From a virus (Duplodnaviria > Caudoviricetes), in the IMG/VR virus record IMGVR_UViG_3300025138_000331, positions 1 to 24,724 of that record: 24,724 bases of DNA. The stretch is one strand, 5' to 3'. The notes beneath the pieces are model-generated. The model was not told the origin of the DNA, ran no database searches, and saw nothing but the letters and a program-made list of their open reading frames with translations. The position numbers and the translations under genes are program-made. Below are positions 14,522 to 23,008 of this stretch, in pieces. How positions within the stretch are numbered: position 1 is the stretch's first letter; each line of letters starts with the position of its first letter.

Positions 14522-14649
14522 TTTCCTTGACCTCTATATTTTTTCTTATAATTTCTAGAACTTTTTAATTTAGAAGACTTTGATTTTGAATGTATACCTG
14601 GTCTTTTCTTTTTACTAACCGAGGGAGTCCCATTTTTCATTTTTACCAT
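14518..14649 (-). CDS. small very basic protein ending KKYRGQGK (43 aa)
   Basis: Manual translation MVKMKNGTPSVSKKKRPGIHSKSKSSKLKSSRNYKKKYRGQGK; coupled to both neighbours. Confidence 0.7.
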   Translation of the reverse strand: MVKMKNGTPSVSKKKRPGIHSKSKSSKLKSSRNYKKKYRGQGK

Positions 14650-14650
14650 T

Positions 14651-14947
14651 TTATTGTTTTTTTAGTTTTTGTATTGCTTTATTTATTGTATGACACGTTT
14701 CATAATCTTCTTTTATTTCATGAACTTTTAAACATTTTTCAAGTACAGGTATAAAACTTTGTCTATCTACTGAGTAATTAAATGTTTTGTCACTATTTGA
14801 AATATAAATTTCTAAGGCAGGAACCCACCTTCGTGTTGTATTTAGGTTATCTAATATTGACATAGCTATAGCTTGGGAGATTGATAAATCTTGAGAATAA
14901 ATCTCACTTAAATCATCAAGTGTTTCTATATTTACTAAATACGCCAT
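14651..14947 (-). CDS. hypothetical protein with C-terminal UVR-like motif (EDYETCHTI)
   Basis: ORF track; similar layout to 16653-16988. Confidence 0.75.
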   Translation of the reverse strand: MAYLVNIETLDDLSEIYSQDLSISQAIAMSILDNLNTTRRWVPALEIYISNSDKTFNYSVDRQSFIPVLEKCLKVHEIKEDYETCHTINKAIQKLKKQ

Positions 14948-14948
14948 T

Positions 14949-15107
14949 TTAAAATTTATCTAAAAAATCACCTTTGATGTTTTTTTGTTTTAATTTATTC
15001 ATTTTGTCATCTTCATCTAACATCTTTTTTGCTAATTTCTCTAGATGTCTGGATTTTTGAGCATCATAATCTTTTATAAGTTTATCATGTTTCTTTCTAT
15101 ACTTCAT
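14949..15107 (-). CDS. small charged helical protein (52 aa, MKYRKKHDKLIKDYDAQK...)
   Basis: Manual translation; ATGA-coupled and fills the gap. Confidence 0.65.
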   Translation of the reverse strand: MKYRKKHDKLIKDYDAQKSRHLEKLAKKMLDEDDKMNKLKQKNIKGDFLDKF

Positions 15108-15736
15108 ACTCTTGAAATTATATCATATTCATCATCGTTAATATCTCCTAAACCAAGTTCTTCTAATCTTTGTTTAGTATATTCATCTACTTCCCAATCA
15201 ACTTCTCCCTGGTTAACTGGTTTATGGTCTTCAATACCCTCAATTTGTTTATTAGTAAATAAATCACCTATTGATAAATAGTAACAATTATAGCAAAGAA
15301 ATTGAATATTCTCTTTTCTATAGTTTTTTTTATTATTATCCTTAAAATGTAACAATAAAGGCATTTTATAGTCTAATACCCTTCTTTCTTGAAATCCACA
15401 ACTATTACATTTTTCTTCTAAGTGTCCATCAGTAACTAATCTATATTTTATTTTTTCTGGTGAAAATGAAGATGCGTCTACTCTGCCTTCTATTATATCT
15501 AATAAAGGAGGTTCTTTTCCACCACCATTTAAAAATTTAGGAATTCCTACACCTGCTTGATTTAAATGCTGAGCAAATAAAGATTTATATTCTTCTTTAT
15601 TTGATTCATATAATTTAGCCCATTTTTTATAATGTTGATAAGAAACATTTAAATACCTTGCCGCTGCTCTATTAGACTTAGTCTTATTCATAGCAGCCAA
15701 AATCATTTCTTTTGTTAATGGTTTTGGTTTGGGCAT
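15104..15736 (-). CDS. HTH plus degenerate HNH-fold protein
   Basis: N-terminal HTH (SNRAAARYLNVSYQHYKKWAKLY); CNSCG...LLLHFKDNN..N...ENIQFLCYNCY HNH scaffold with His substitutions. Confidence 0.75.
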   Translation of the reverse strand: MPKPKPLTKEMILAAMNKTKSNRAAARYLNVSYQHYKKWAKLYESNKEEYKSLFAQHLNQAGVGIPKFLNGGGKEPPLLDIIEGRVDASSFSPEKIKYRLVTDGHLEEKCNSCGFQERRVLDYKMPLLLHFKDNNKKNYRKENIQFLCYNCYYLSIGDLFTNKQIEGIEDHKPVNQGEVDWEVDEYTKQRLEELGLGDINDDEYDIISRV

Positions 15737-16038
15737 TAATCTGTTTTTATTATAGTAAATGGTCCTTGTAAATTATTTTCTTCTTTATTTTCTTCAATTT
15801 TATCAAAACCTGAGGTTGCGTCTTTTTGACCATTGTATTGATCAAATTGTTCCTGGGTGACTACTTGCATTTCATTCCAAGTGTGGTCACCTGTCCCATT
15901 TGTTGTATTAATAGCTCTATATGCTGATGTAGTTGAACAATTTACACAAACATGATATCCAAATTTGGTTAATCTTAACTCTGGCATTGGTTCCTTGCAA
16001 CTTTTGCAAGGTATCATTATTAAATTTTCTTTATTCAT
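15736..16038 (-). CDS. DksA/TraR-type C4 zinc-finger protein
   Basis: CKSCKEPMPELRL...HVCVNC matches the CxxC.EPIP..RL.......CxxC pattern. Confidence 0.7.
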   Translation of the reverse strand: MNKENLIMIPCKSCKEPMPELRLTKFGYHVCVNCSTTSAYRAINTTNGTGDHTWNEMQVVTQEQFDQYNGQKDATSGFDKIEENKEENNLQGPFTIIKTD

Positions 16039-16061
16039 AACTTATAATTATATGTAACCTT

Positions 16062-16496
16062 TTAAAAAGATGTAATTGGTGAGTCTCCTCCGGTTCTATG
16101 TCTTCCTTTTATTTGTTTAAATAGTTTTTGAGGAGTATCAATAATATGTTTTTTTCCATCTTCATCTTGTAAATATTCTATTTCCCCATTTTCATCAGTT
16201 CTATTAAGTACATACCACATTATCAATTCTGTAGCATCTTCTCCGTATAAAAATCTAAAACTATTTTCAACTACAAACCACAACCCATCATTTATTTTAT
16301 TTAAATCTATCCCTGCGGTTTCGTATATTTTATTCTCCATTTCAAAAGTTTCATCTAACTTTTTAATAAATAAACAAAATACTTTTTCTTCAGTAGCATC
16401 AATATTATCTTTGAGTTTTATTTCAGATCCTAATATCCCATTAAATAGATTTTTTAAATCATCACTCCAAGGATCATGTATTTCTTTTTTTGACAT
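16062..16496 (-). CDS. hypothetical protein (144 aa)
   Basis: ORF track. Confidence 0.8.
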   Translation of the reverse strand: MSKKEIHDPWSDDLKNLFNGILGSEIKLKDNIDATEEKVFCLFIKKLDETFEMENKIYETAGIDLNKINDGLWFVVENSFRFLYGEDATELIMWYVLNRTDENGEIEYLQDEDGKKHIIDTPQKLFKQIKGRHRTGGDSPITSF

Positions 16497-16497
16497 T

Positions 16498-16656
16498 TTA
16501 TACTTCTTCTATTTTAAATAACTCTAAAAAGTTTTTTATACTTAATTGTTTTTTTTCAGCTGCCTTTTTTATTGCTTTTTCTAAATTTTGGGCCTCAATT
16601 TTTCCCATTGGTTCTTTTAAGGAATCTGATAAAGAATAGTATTTGTATTGTGTCAT
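16498..16656 (-). CDS. small hypothetical protein (52 aa, MTQYKYYSLSDSLKEPMGKIEA...)
   Basis: Manual translation; ATGA-coupled and fills the gap. Confidence 0.7.
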   Translation of the reverse strand: MTQYKYYSLSDSLKEPMGKIEAQNLEKAIKKAAEKKQLSIKNFLELFKIEEV

Positions 16657-16988
16657 ATTTTTTCTATTAATTGTTTTATTTGGTTACACTTTTCAAAATC
16701 TTCATCCTCAGCATATGAATTCATAACTTTATTTAATACACTTTTAAAATTCTTCCGTTCTAGTTCTATTATTAAAGATAGATTAAATATATTAAAAATT
16801 TCTATCTTTTCCAAATCATTTTCTAAAGCAAATTCTATTTCTTCTAATGTACGTTTTAATATAAATGATTTAAATTGATCACTTGATGCTAATTCATCTA
16901 AATCTTTTTTAGTATTATATGTGATTTCAATTTGGGTTACTTCTCTATATGTTTCTTTATCCATAATATTGGGGGATTGAAGGTTCAT
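16653..16988 (-). CDS. hypothetical protein with C-terminal UVR-like motif (EDFEKCNQIK)
   Basis: ORF track; true start may be MDKETY. Confidence 0.75.
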   Translation of the reverse strand: MNLQSPNIMDKETYREVTQIEITYNTKKDLDELASSDQFKSFILKRTLEEIEFALENDLEKIEIFNIFNLSLIIELERKNFKSVLNKVMNSYAEDEDFEKCNQIKQLIEKI

Positions 16989-16989
16989 T

Positions 16990-17745
16990 TTATAAATATT
17001 TTAAATTTGTAGAAGAATTATGTTTTATATAACTTCCCCACTTATATTGGGAATAATCATGTCCATTTTGTTCTGCACGTTGTCTCTTTTCCCCATTTGT
17101 TGAAACTGAAGCAAAATGATAGAAATGACAATTATACACTCTTGATGATCTTATTCCTGATAGGTTACATTTAAGAAAAAAATCCCAATCGGCTACCATA
17201 CCTAATTCATAATTCTCATCCCAACCCCCAATTCTTATATAATCTAATTTTTTCATATAAATGGGTAATGTTGAACCTGCTATATCCATTTTATCTTTTG
17301 ATATTGCACTTTCATATGAAATAAAATCATTTAAATTAAATAACTCAACATCAGATCCAAAATCTTTTATATGAAATTGAGGAAATATAGATGGATTAGG
17401 CTCTATTTGATTAGGGACAATCATTTGATTATCTTGAAGCTTCCAATGTTCTAACTTTAAATTCCATTGGTGTGGGAAAACATTATCATCATTTACAATT
17501 AAAATATCTTCATATTGAGCATTATAAACACCTAAATTAGTTCCTCTACATAAACCTACATTTTCTTCTAAATTTAGAATCTCTATACTATCTTCCCATT
17601 TTTCTAAGACTTCTTTATTTAAGTCATAAAAACCATCAACTACTACTATTATTTGGTTTTCTTTTGTTTGTCCTTTGATTGCAGATTCTAAACATAAATC
17701 TAACATTTCTGGATTTTTATATGTTGGTATTATTACTGAGATCAT
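16990..17745 (-). CDS. glycosyltransferase family 2
   Basis: ISVIIPTY, IIVVVDG, N.G....N.G, VNDDN, IGGWDE, DWDF, YHF.S.S. Confidence 0.92.
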   Translation of the reverse strand: MISVIIPTYKNPEMLDLCLESAIKGQTKENQIIVVVDGFYDLNKEVLEKWEDSIEILNLEENVGLCRGTNLGVYNAQYEDILIVNDDNVFPHQWNLKLEHWKLQDNQMIVPNQIEPNPSIFPQFHIKDFGSDVELFNLNDFISYESAISKDKMDIAGSTLPIYMKKLDYIRIGGWDENYELGMVADWDFFLKCNLSGIRSSRVYNCHFYHFASVSTNGEKRQRAEQNGHDYSQYKWGSYIKHNSSTNLKYL

Positions 17746-18419
17746 ATTTCTTCCCAATTAATTGTTGGTGATAAAAGACCATCCATACAGTGTGTAGATA
17801 AGCCTGGTAAAGGTGTGAATACAAATCTTTCTCTATTTTCATTTAACCATAACCATTTATTATGATCACCTCTCATTGTGGATAATATATCAAAATCATC
17901 TTTAATTTTTTGTTTAGTTGCTATAAAAGAACCGCATGTTGATGGAGTTGTTCTCCAATGATGAGATTTAGTTGGAAATATTAATGATGTTAAACCCTCA
18001 TACATTGGTAGAAAATATTTATCGTTATGATCATATAAAGATACATAATCTAATCCTTTATATGCTTGGAATAAATCAAATACTTTACTTACCCATCCTT
18101 CTACATGCATGTAATCATTTTCTAAAAAATAAATCAAGTCATCATCTTCAATTAAATCATCTGCATGAGCTAATTTAACAGTTTCCCAAAAAGACTTCAT
18201 ATCTTCTTTGGCTTCAATTTCTATAAAATTATGATAATGTTTTTTCTTAATCCAATTATCTTCCTTACCATCATATACTATATTAATTTTAACATTTTCA
18301 TTAAATGCTAAGGTTGAGACTAAATTATCATAACACTTTTCGTAATCAAACCAACTAGGCCTATTTCTATTATCTGTTCCTTGAACATTATAATGTCTGT
18401 AAAATATATGTAATTTCAT
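17742..18419 (-). CDS. GT-A fold glycosyltransferase-like protein
   Basis: IVYDG, IYFLENDYMH (DxD-like), C-terminal PGLSTH; cluster context. Confidence 0.7.
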   Translation of the reverse strand: MKLHIFYRHYNVQGTDNRNRPSWFDYEKCYDNLVSTLAFNENVKINIVYDGKEDNWIKKKHYHNFIEIEAKEDMKSFWETVKLAHADDLIEDDDLIYFLENDYMHVEGWVSKVFDLFQAYKGLDYVSLYDHNDKYFLPMYEGLTSLIFPTKSHHWRTTPSTCGSFIATKQKIKDDFDILSTMRGDHNKWLWLNENRERFVFTPLPGLSTHCMDGLLSPTINWEEI

Positions 18420-18421
18420 TT

Positions 18422-19006
18422 TTATATTTTTTTACAAGGGGTACCTACATAAATCCCACTTTCTGTTATTTTTCTTACAACACATGAAACCATTCCTATT
18501 ACAACATCATTGCAAATTGTTAATTTTTCTCTAATTGTTGAGTTTGACCCCATATAAACTTTATCCCCAACAGTAACATTTCCTGATATTATAGATCCAG
18601 GCATCATACTAAGATAATCTCCTATTACACAATCATGCCCAATATGATTTCCTCTATTTAAAAGAGAATGCTTTCCCATTTTTATATTTGTAGTTAAAAT
18701 TGAATTAGCACCTATAAAACTCCCTTCCCCTACTTCGATATTGCCATCCATAGTATGAGCTGAAGGATGAATATAGGTAAAATATAATGTTTTAAGAGGC
18801 ATCCTTTTAACTATTTTTTCTCTTTCTTTTGGATCAGAAATGGCTACTAACATCATATGTGTTTCTGGGTTGAATTCTGATATTGGTTTTGCTTTTCCTT
18901 GTGTAGACTTGACAAATTTATCATCTACAAAAAAAACTATTTCTTCTTGCATTTGTGCTGCTACTTCACGGGCATGTCCTCCATACCCAAATAATGCTAA
19001 TTTCAT
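18422..19006 (-). CDS. NeuD/PglD-family sugar acetyltransferase
   Basis: FGYGGHAREV, FFVDD, IHPSA, hexapeptide repeats, IGHDC, YVGTP. Confidence 0.92.
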   Translation of the reverse strand: MKLALFGYGGHAREVAAQMQEEIVFFVDDKFVKSTQGKAKPISEFNPETHMMLVAISDPKEREKIVKRMPLKTLYFTYIHPSAHTMDGNIEVGEGSFIGANSILTTNIKMGKHSLLNRGNHIGHDCVIGDYLSMMPGSIISGNVTVGDKVYMGSNSTIREKLTICNDVVIGMVSCVVRKITESGIYVGTPCKKI

Positions 19007-19647
19007 TGGTTATATATTTTAAATTTTGATAAATCAGGATAAGGGAGTGTTAAATCCTTGTTTTGTTTTTTAGTACCATCAGTATTATAAAACTGTCCCA
19101 TTAATAATAATCCTCTAGCTGCTAATTCAGGCATCATATAAAAATTCCACCCAAGCATATCAAAATTATCATCATGATAAGAACATTCACGTCTACCACT
19201 ATATCTAGCGCGTTTAAACCAATGATAAGCTTGTAGGTTATCGGTTAGTATAGCTCCGCCTTTACTTAATTTAAAATGCTTATATGGGCCAGTAAACGAC
19301 ACACACATATGTGTTTTAGGTTGGTACATTTCAGCTGTAAATGTTAGTGCTGAATCCCATACATTAGATCCTTTTAATTGGTAAGCTCCTGTAAGAGTTT
19401 TTGAATTTACTTTATCCCATTTTACTTTTAAACCTGCATGTATTATTTCACAAGGCACTGATGGGTAAGTTCTACTTGGGATGGTAATTGATTTTGGTTT
19501 GATACTTTTTTTAATATGATTTTCATAATATAAAGCTAGAAATAAACCATTACTCATATTATCTACAGTTACAGCATATTTTGCTCCTGTATATTTACAT
19601 AATTCCTGTTCGAATTCTTCTGTTACTTTATATATTCCGTTTGCCAA
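19003..19647 (-). CDS. DegT/DnrJ/EryC1/StrS PLP-dependent aminotransferase, shortened form (214 aa)
   Basis: FEQELCKYTGAKYAV, P..TY.SV, WDSA, SF...K....GGAILT, GWNFYM.E..A.GL; C-terminal domain absent. Confidence 0.85.
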   Translation of the reverse strand: MANGIYKVTEEFEQELCKYTGAKYAVTVDNMSNGLFLALYYENHIKKSIKPKSITIPSRTYPSVPCEIIHAGLKVKWDKVNSKTLTGAYQLKGSNVWDSALTFTAEMYQPKTHMCVSFTGPYKHFKLSKGGAILTDNLQAYHWFKRARYSGRRECSYHDDNFDMLGWNFYMMPELAARGLLLMGQFYNTDGTKKQNKDLTLPYPDLSKFKIYNQ

Positions 19648-20226
19648 TTATACTCTTTTTAAAATAGTTAAACCATTATTATTTTTAAATCTTTCATGAA
19701 GTATCCAATGTGGGTTACTTCCTAAAAATTCTTCAACAGCTGGCCATAGCCCTTTCCCATCACCTTTCCATTCATCACCCCACATTTCATATGAGGTTTC
19801 ATCATGAAATTCAAATGAAGTTGTATCATGAAGTATAACATATTTAGATGCTTTATTAGCATGTAAATCTAATTCTGATTTTAATTGTTTATATGCATGC
19901 CATGTATCAATAAAAAGCAATTCTGTAGGTTCAATCTCAATTTTTAAAACATTTGCTTGAGTAAATGTAAAATCTAAACCATAAGCTTCTGCTGTTTCAT
20001 ATACTTCATTTATATCTTGATCCCATTCTTTAGGGTTTTGAATGTCATAACTCATCATTTTTTTAGGAGCACTCCCTAAAAAAGCCCATGTTGAAATTAT
20101 TCCTCTAACTCCCATTTCAGTTATATGGTTACATTCTTGCCCATATTTAATTAATGTAGGAATATGTTCATTTATATCAGATGGGGTTGTGTATAATTGA
20201 TTTATTCGTTGTTCTAGTTCTATCAT
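19648..20226 (-). CDS. class I SAM-dependent methyltransferase (Methyltransf_24-like)
   Basis: EMGVRGIIST, SYDI, LLFIDTWHAY, VILHDT, GLWPAVEEFL; start moved to MIELEQ. Confidence 0.85.
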   Translation of the reverse strand: MIELEQRINQLYTTPSDINEHIPTLIKYGQECNHITEMGVRGIISTWAFLGSAPKKMMSYDIQNPKEWDQDINEVYETAEAYGLDFTFTQANVLKIEIEPTELLFIDTWHAYKQLKSELDLHANKASKYVILHDTTSFEFHDETSYEMWGDEWKGDGKGLWPAVEEFLGSNPHWILHERFKNNNGLTILKRV

Positions 20227-20227
20227 T

Positions 20228-21034
20228 TTATAAAAATTTAATAAATTCTTTTCCAAAGTTTTCTGTAACAAAATCATGGGTTTGATTTTTTTCAAATGAA
20301 CCTGATATTTTATGGTTATAAGCAGATCCATTTCTACCATCTCTTTCTTTCTCAAAAAACCATTGATTATACTCTTGGTGGGATTCATTGTTAAAATTAC
20401 ATTCTGAAATATCTACTATAAATCCTGGGGTTATTTTAAGTGCTCTATATCCTAAAGAATTATAATGTCTTCCAATTTTATCCCCAATAAATTTATGAGG
20501 CCAATTACTCATAGTTTTATGCCATAATGAAAATTTATCTAATCTAAAAGCAGCAAAAAATACCGTATCATAGTATTCTAGTTTTTTAAAGGTTTTTCTA
20601 TTATCATAATTTTCATCTTTTACTTTATCAAAAACATAATATCCAGGTTTTCTTTCTTTATGTAACCCTAATGATCCTATTTTTGGATCCGAATTATATA
20701 ATTCTATGCATTGTTCGTACCAATCTTTTTCTTTAGGTAAAACCCATCCATCATTATCTAAAAGAAGAATATGATCAAAATCATTCTCATTGTAATAGTT
20801 AGTTAATAAAGTCCAAGCTCCACCTACCCTTAAATTTTCTTCGGGGAATATTAATCCTAAATCATATTTAGATTGGTTTTCTTCCAACCATTCTCTTGTT
20901 CCATCTGTAGAACCGTTATCGCAAACTATAATTTGAGAATTTAATGGTTTGGTTTTTTGGAGACACTCTATAGTACCTTGTGTGTATGATTTTCTTTCAT
21001 AGGATACTATATAAATTAATAATTTACTTTCCAT
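20228..21034 (-). CDS. glycosyltransferase family 2
   Basis: IVSYER, IIVCDNGSTDGT, LLLDND. Confidence 0.9.
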   Translation of the reverse strand: MESKLLIYIVSYERKSYTQGTIECLQKTKPLNSQIIVCDNGSTDGTREWLEENQSKYDLGLIFPEENLRVGGAWTLLTNYYNENDFDHILLLDNDGWVLPKEKDWYEQCIELYNSDPKIGSLGLHKERKPGYYVFDKVKDENYDNRKTFKKLEYYDTVFFAAFRLDKFSLWHKTMSNWPHKFIGDKIGRHYNSLGYRALKITPGFIVDISECNFNNESHQEYNQWFFEKERDGRNGSAYNHKISGSFEKNQTHDFVTENFGKEFIKFL

Positions 21035-22034
21035 ATTGTATGTTAGACTTTTTATATATTTCTTCTATCAAGATAATGACATTATTTGTCTCTTCCAAGC
21101 TAAAATTATTTAAATTTCGATAAACTTCAGGATGATTAGGACATGATCCTTGATATGAACCATATGAATTAGGTTCATTTATCTTAGAATATTTTTTAGA
21201 TATTTTATTATATTCATTTTTAAATCCTTGACTTAAAAAATTAGCTGATTCTATAATATTAAGAGCTTTACCTCCAATTTTAATATAACCATTAGAACCC
21301 ATTAAAGTTATAGAACTTTCTATGTTATGAGGTTCTGATGCTATTGTAGATTCAATAGTACCCCCAAATTTACCATAATCAACTAGAGAATAAACTGTAT
21401 CTTCAATTATAGCATCCTTATGTTTAGTAGTATAGGTTTTTGTTGACAATACTTCTTTAGGATTTCCAATTAAATATTGTAAGATATCTAAATAGTGGAT
21501 TGCAGTTTCGTATAATATACCACCTCCTACATCTGGTTCTCCTCTCCATCCTGAAAAGTATTCTAAAGGTCTTTGCCACCTTTGTGTAAATGAAAATCCT
21601 CTAATTTCTCCTAATAATTTCTCTTTTAAAACTTCTTTTACTAAACTAACTGTTGGGTTTAATCTAACTTGTAAAACACAATATACTTTTTGTTTATTTT
21701 TAACAGCACAATCTTGAATTAACTTTATATCTTGAATGTTAAATGATACTGGTTTTTCTATTAAAACATCGCAACCTTTTTCTAATGCAAAAATAGCTTG
21801 CTCTTTATGTAACGAATTTGGAGTTGCTATTACAATAAAATTTAGATCTTCAGCAGCTATCATATCCTTGTAAGCCGTATGAGAAGGTACTTTATATCTC
21901 TTTCCTAAACTTTTTATTAATGAGGGTTGGATATCACATACTGAAGATAGTTTAAAATTTGAGTTAGCTTCTATTGCTTCTATATGTCTAGGAAATATCC
22001 CACCACATCCTATTATTCCTACTTTATATTTCAT
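21024..22034 (-). CDS. Gfo/Idh/MocA oxidoreductase, WbpB/WlbA-like nucleotide-sugar 3-dehydrogenase
   Basis: IIGCGGI, IATPNSLH, VLIEKP, Q.RLNP, WQRP..YF..WRG....GGG.L....IHYLD. Confidence 0.88.
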   Translation of the reverse strand: MKYKVGIIGCGGIFPRHIEAIEANSNFKLSSVCDIQPSLIKSLGKRYKVPSHTAYKDMIAAEDLNFIVIATPNSLHKEQAIFALEKGCDVLIEKPVSFNIQDIKLIQDCAVKNKQKVYCVLQVRLNPTVSLVKEVLKEKLLGEIRGFSFTQRWQRPLEYFSGWRGEPDVGGGILYETAIHYLDILQYLIGNPKEVLSTKTYTTKHKDAIIEDTVYSLVDYGKFGGTIESTIASEPHNIESSITLMGSNGYIKIGGKALNIIESANFLSQGFKNEYNKISKKYSKINEPNSYGSYQGSCPNHPEVYRNLNNFSLEETNNVIILIEEIYKKSNIQYGK

Positions 22035-23008
22035 TTTAATTTGTTTTGATACCAACTAATAGTTTCTCCTAAACCATATGTAAAGTCAGTAAGTTGATAA
22101 TTAATTAGTGATTTTATTTTTTTATTACTAGCTATATGACATTCCACATCTGCTTTTCTAGTAGGTTTGTAAACTATATCATTTACATTATAATTCATCC
22201 CCCTCATAATATTACAAATATCTTCTATAACTTCTTTAATAGTAATTTGACCATCTGTAGATATATTTACTGATTCCTTTGGTTTTAATTTATCATAAAC
22301 TTTTATAATAGCATCTACAGTATCATGTACATAAATAAAATCTCTACTTTGTAATCCATCTCCCCAAATTTCTGGGGGTTTATTATTAATTAGGTTAAAC
22401 ATAGTAACAGGAATTACGGCAGCCAAAGGTGGTTTTGAATTTTGTCTAGGGCCATAATTATTAAACGGTCTAACTATAAAAGCATCTAAATCAAAACTAT
22501 CTACCCAAGATTCTAATGCTTTATCCGCACCTACTTTTCCAGCAGCATATGTTGTTTTTGGATTTAAAGGATGATTTTCATCCATAGGTTCATAAACAGC
22601 ACTACCAAATACTTCTGATGTGGAAAAATGTACTAATGTTTTAAATTTATTTTTACGTTGAAGTTCTAATAAGTTAACTATAATATTAGTGTTACAATGA
22701 AATCCATTTGCAGGGTTTAAAAAAGTATAATTAATTGGTTTTGTGGCACAATTAAAAACTATATCAATATTATGCTTATTAAATATATATTCTAAAGAAG
22801 TATATATCTCACAATCATCTTTATAAAGAATAACTCCCTGTTTAAAAGCATCTTTTAAATTATCTTCATTTCCAAGAAACATATTATCTATGACAATTAC
22901 TTGTTTAGCTTCTTCTAATAATAGTCTATCAACTAAATGACTCCCTATAAATCCAGCCCCACCAGTAACTAGAATTGTACTATTTTTAATTTTTGGTCTA
23001 TTTTCCAT
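22031..23008 (-). CDS. NAD-dependent nucleotide-sugar epimerase/dehydratase (extended SDR)
   Basis: LVTGGAGFIGSHL, STSEVFG, YAAGK, RPFNNYGPRQ, GDGLQSRDFIYV.D. Confidence 0.93.
   Translation of the reverse strand: MENRPKIKNSTILVTGGAGFIGSHLVDRLLLEEAKQVIVIDNMFLGNEDNLKDAFKQGVILYKDDCEIYTSLEYIFNKHNIDIVFNCATKPINYTFLNPANGFHCNTNIIVNLLELQRKNKFKTLVHFSTSEVFGSAVYEPMDENHPLNPKTTYAAGKVGADKALESWVDSFDLDAFIVRPFNNYGPRQNSKPPLAAVIPVTMFNLINNKPPEIWGDGLQSRDFIYVHDTVDAIIKVYDKLKPKESVNISTDGQITIKEVIEDICNIMRGMNYNVNDIVYKPTRKADVECHIASNKKIKSLINYQLTDFTYGLGETISWYQNKLK

Noticed and set aside
3785-19022. All plus-strand ORFs in the track (3785, 8467, 8841, 11815, 12818, 13322, 14145, 15045, 16648, 17972, 18840)
   Set aside because: Each lies antisense to better-supported minus-strand genes, has F/L/I/S-rich shadow composition and shows no recognisable motif.
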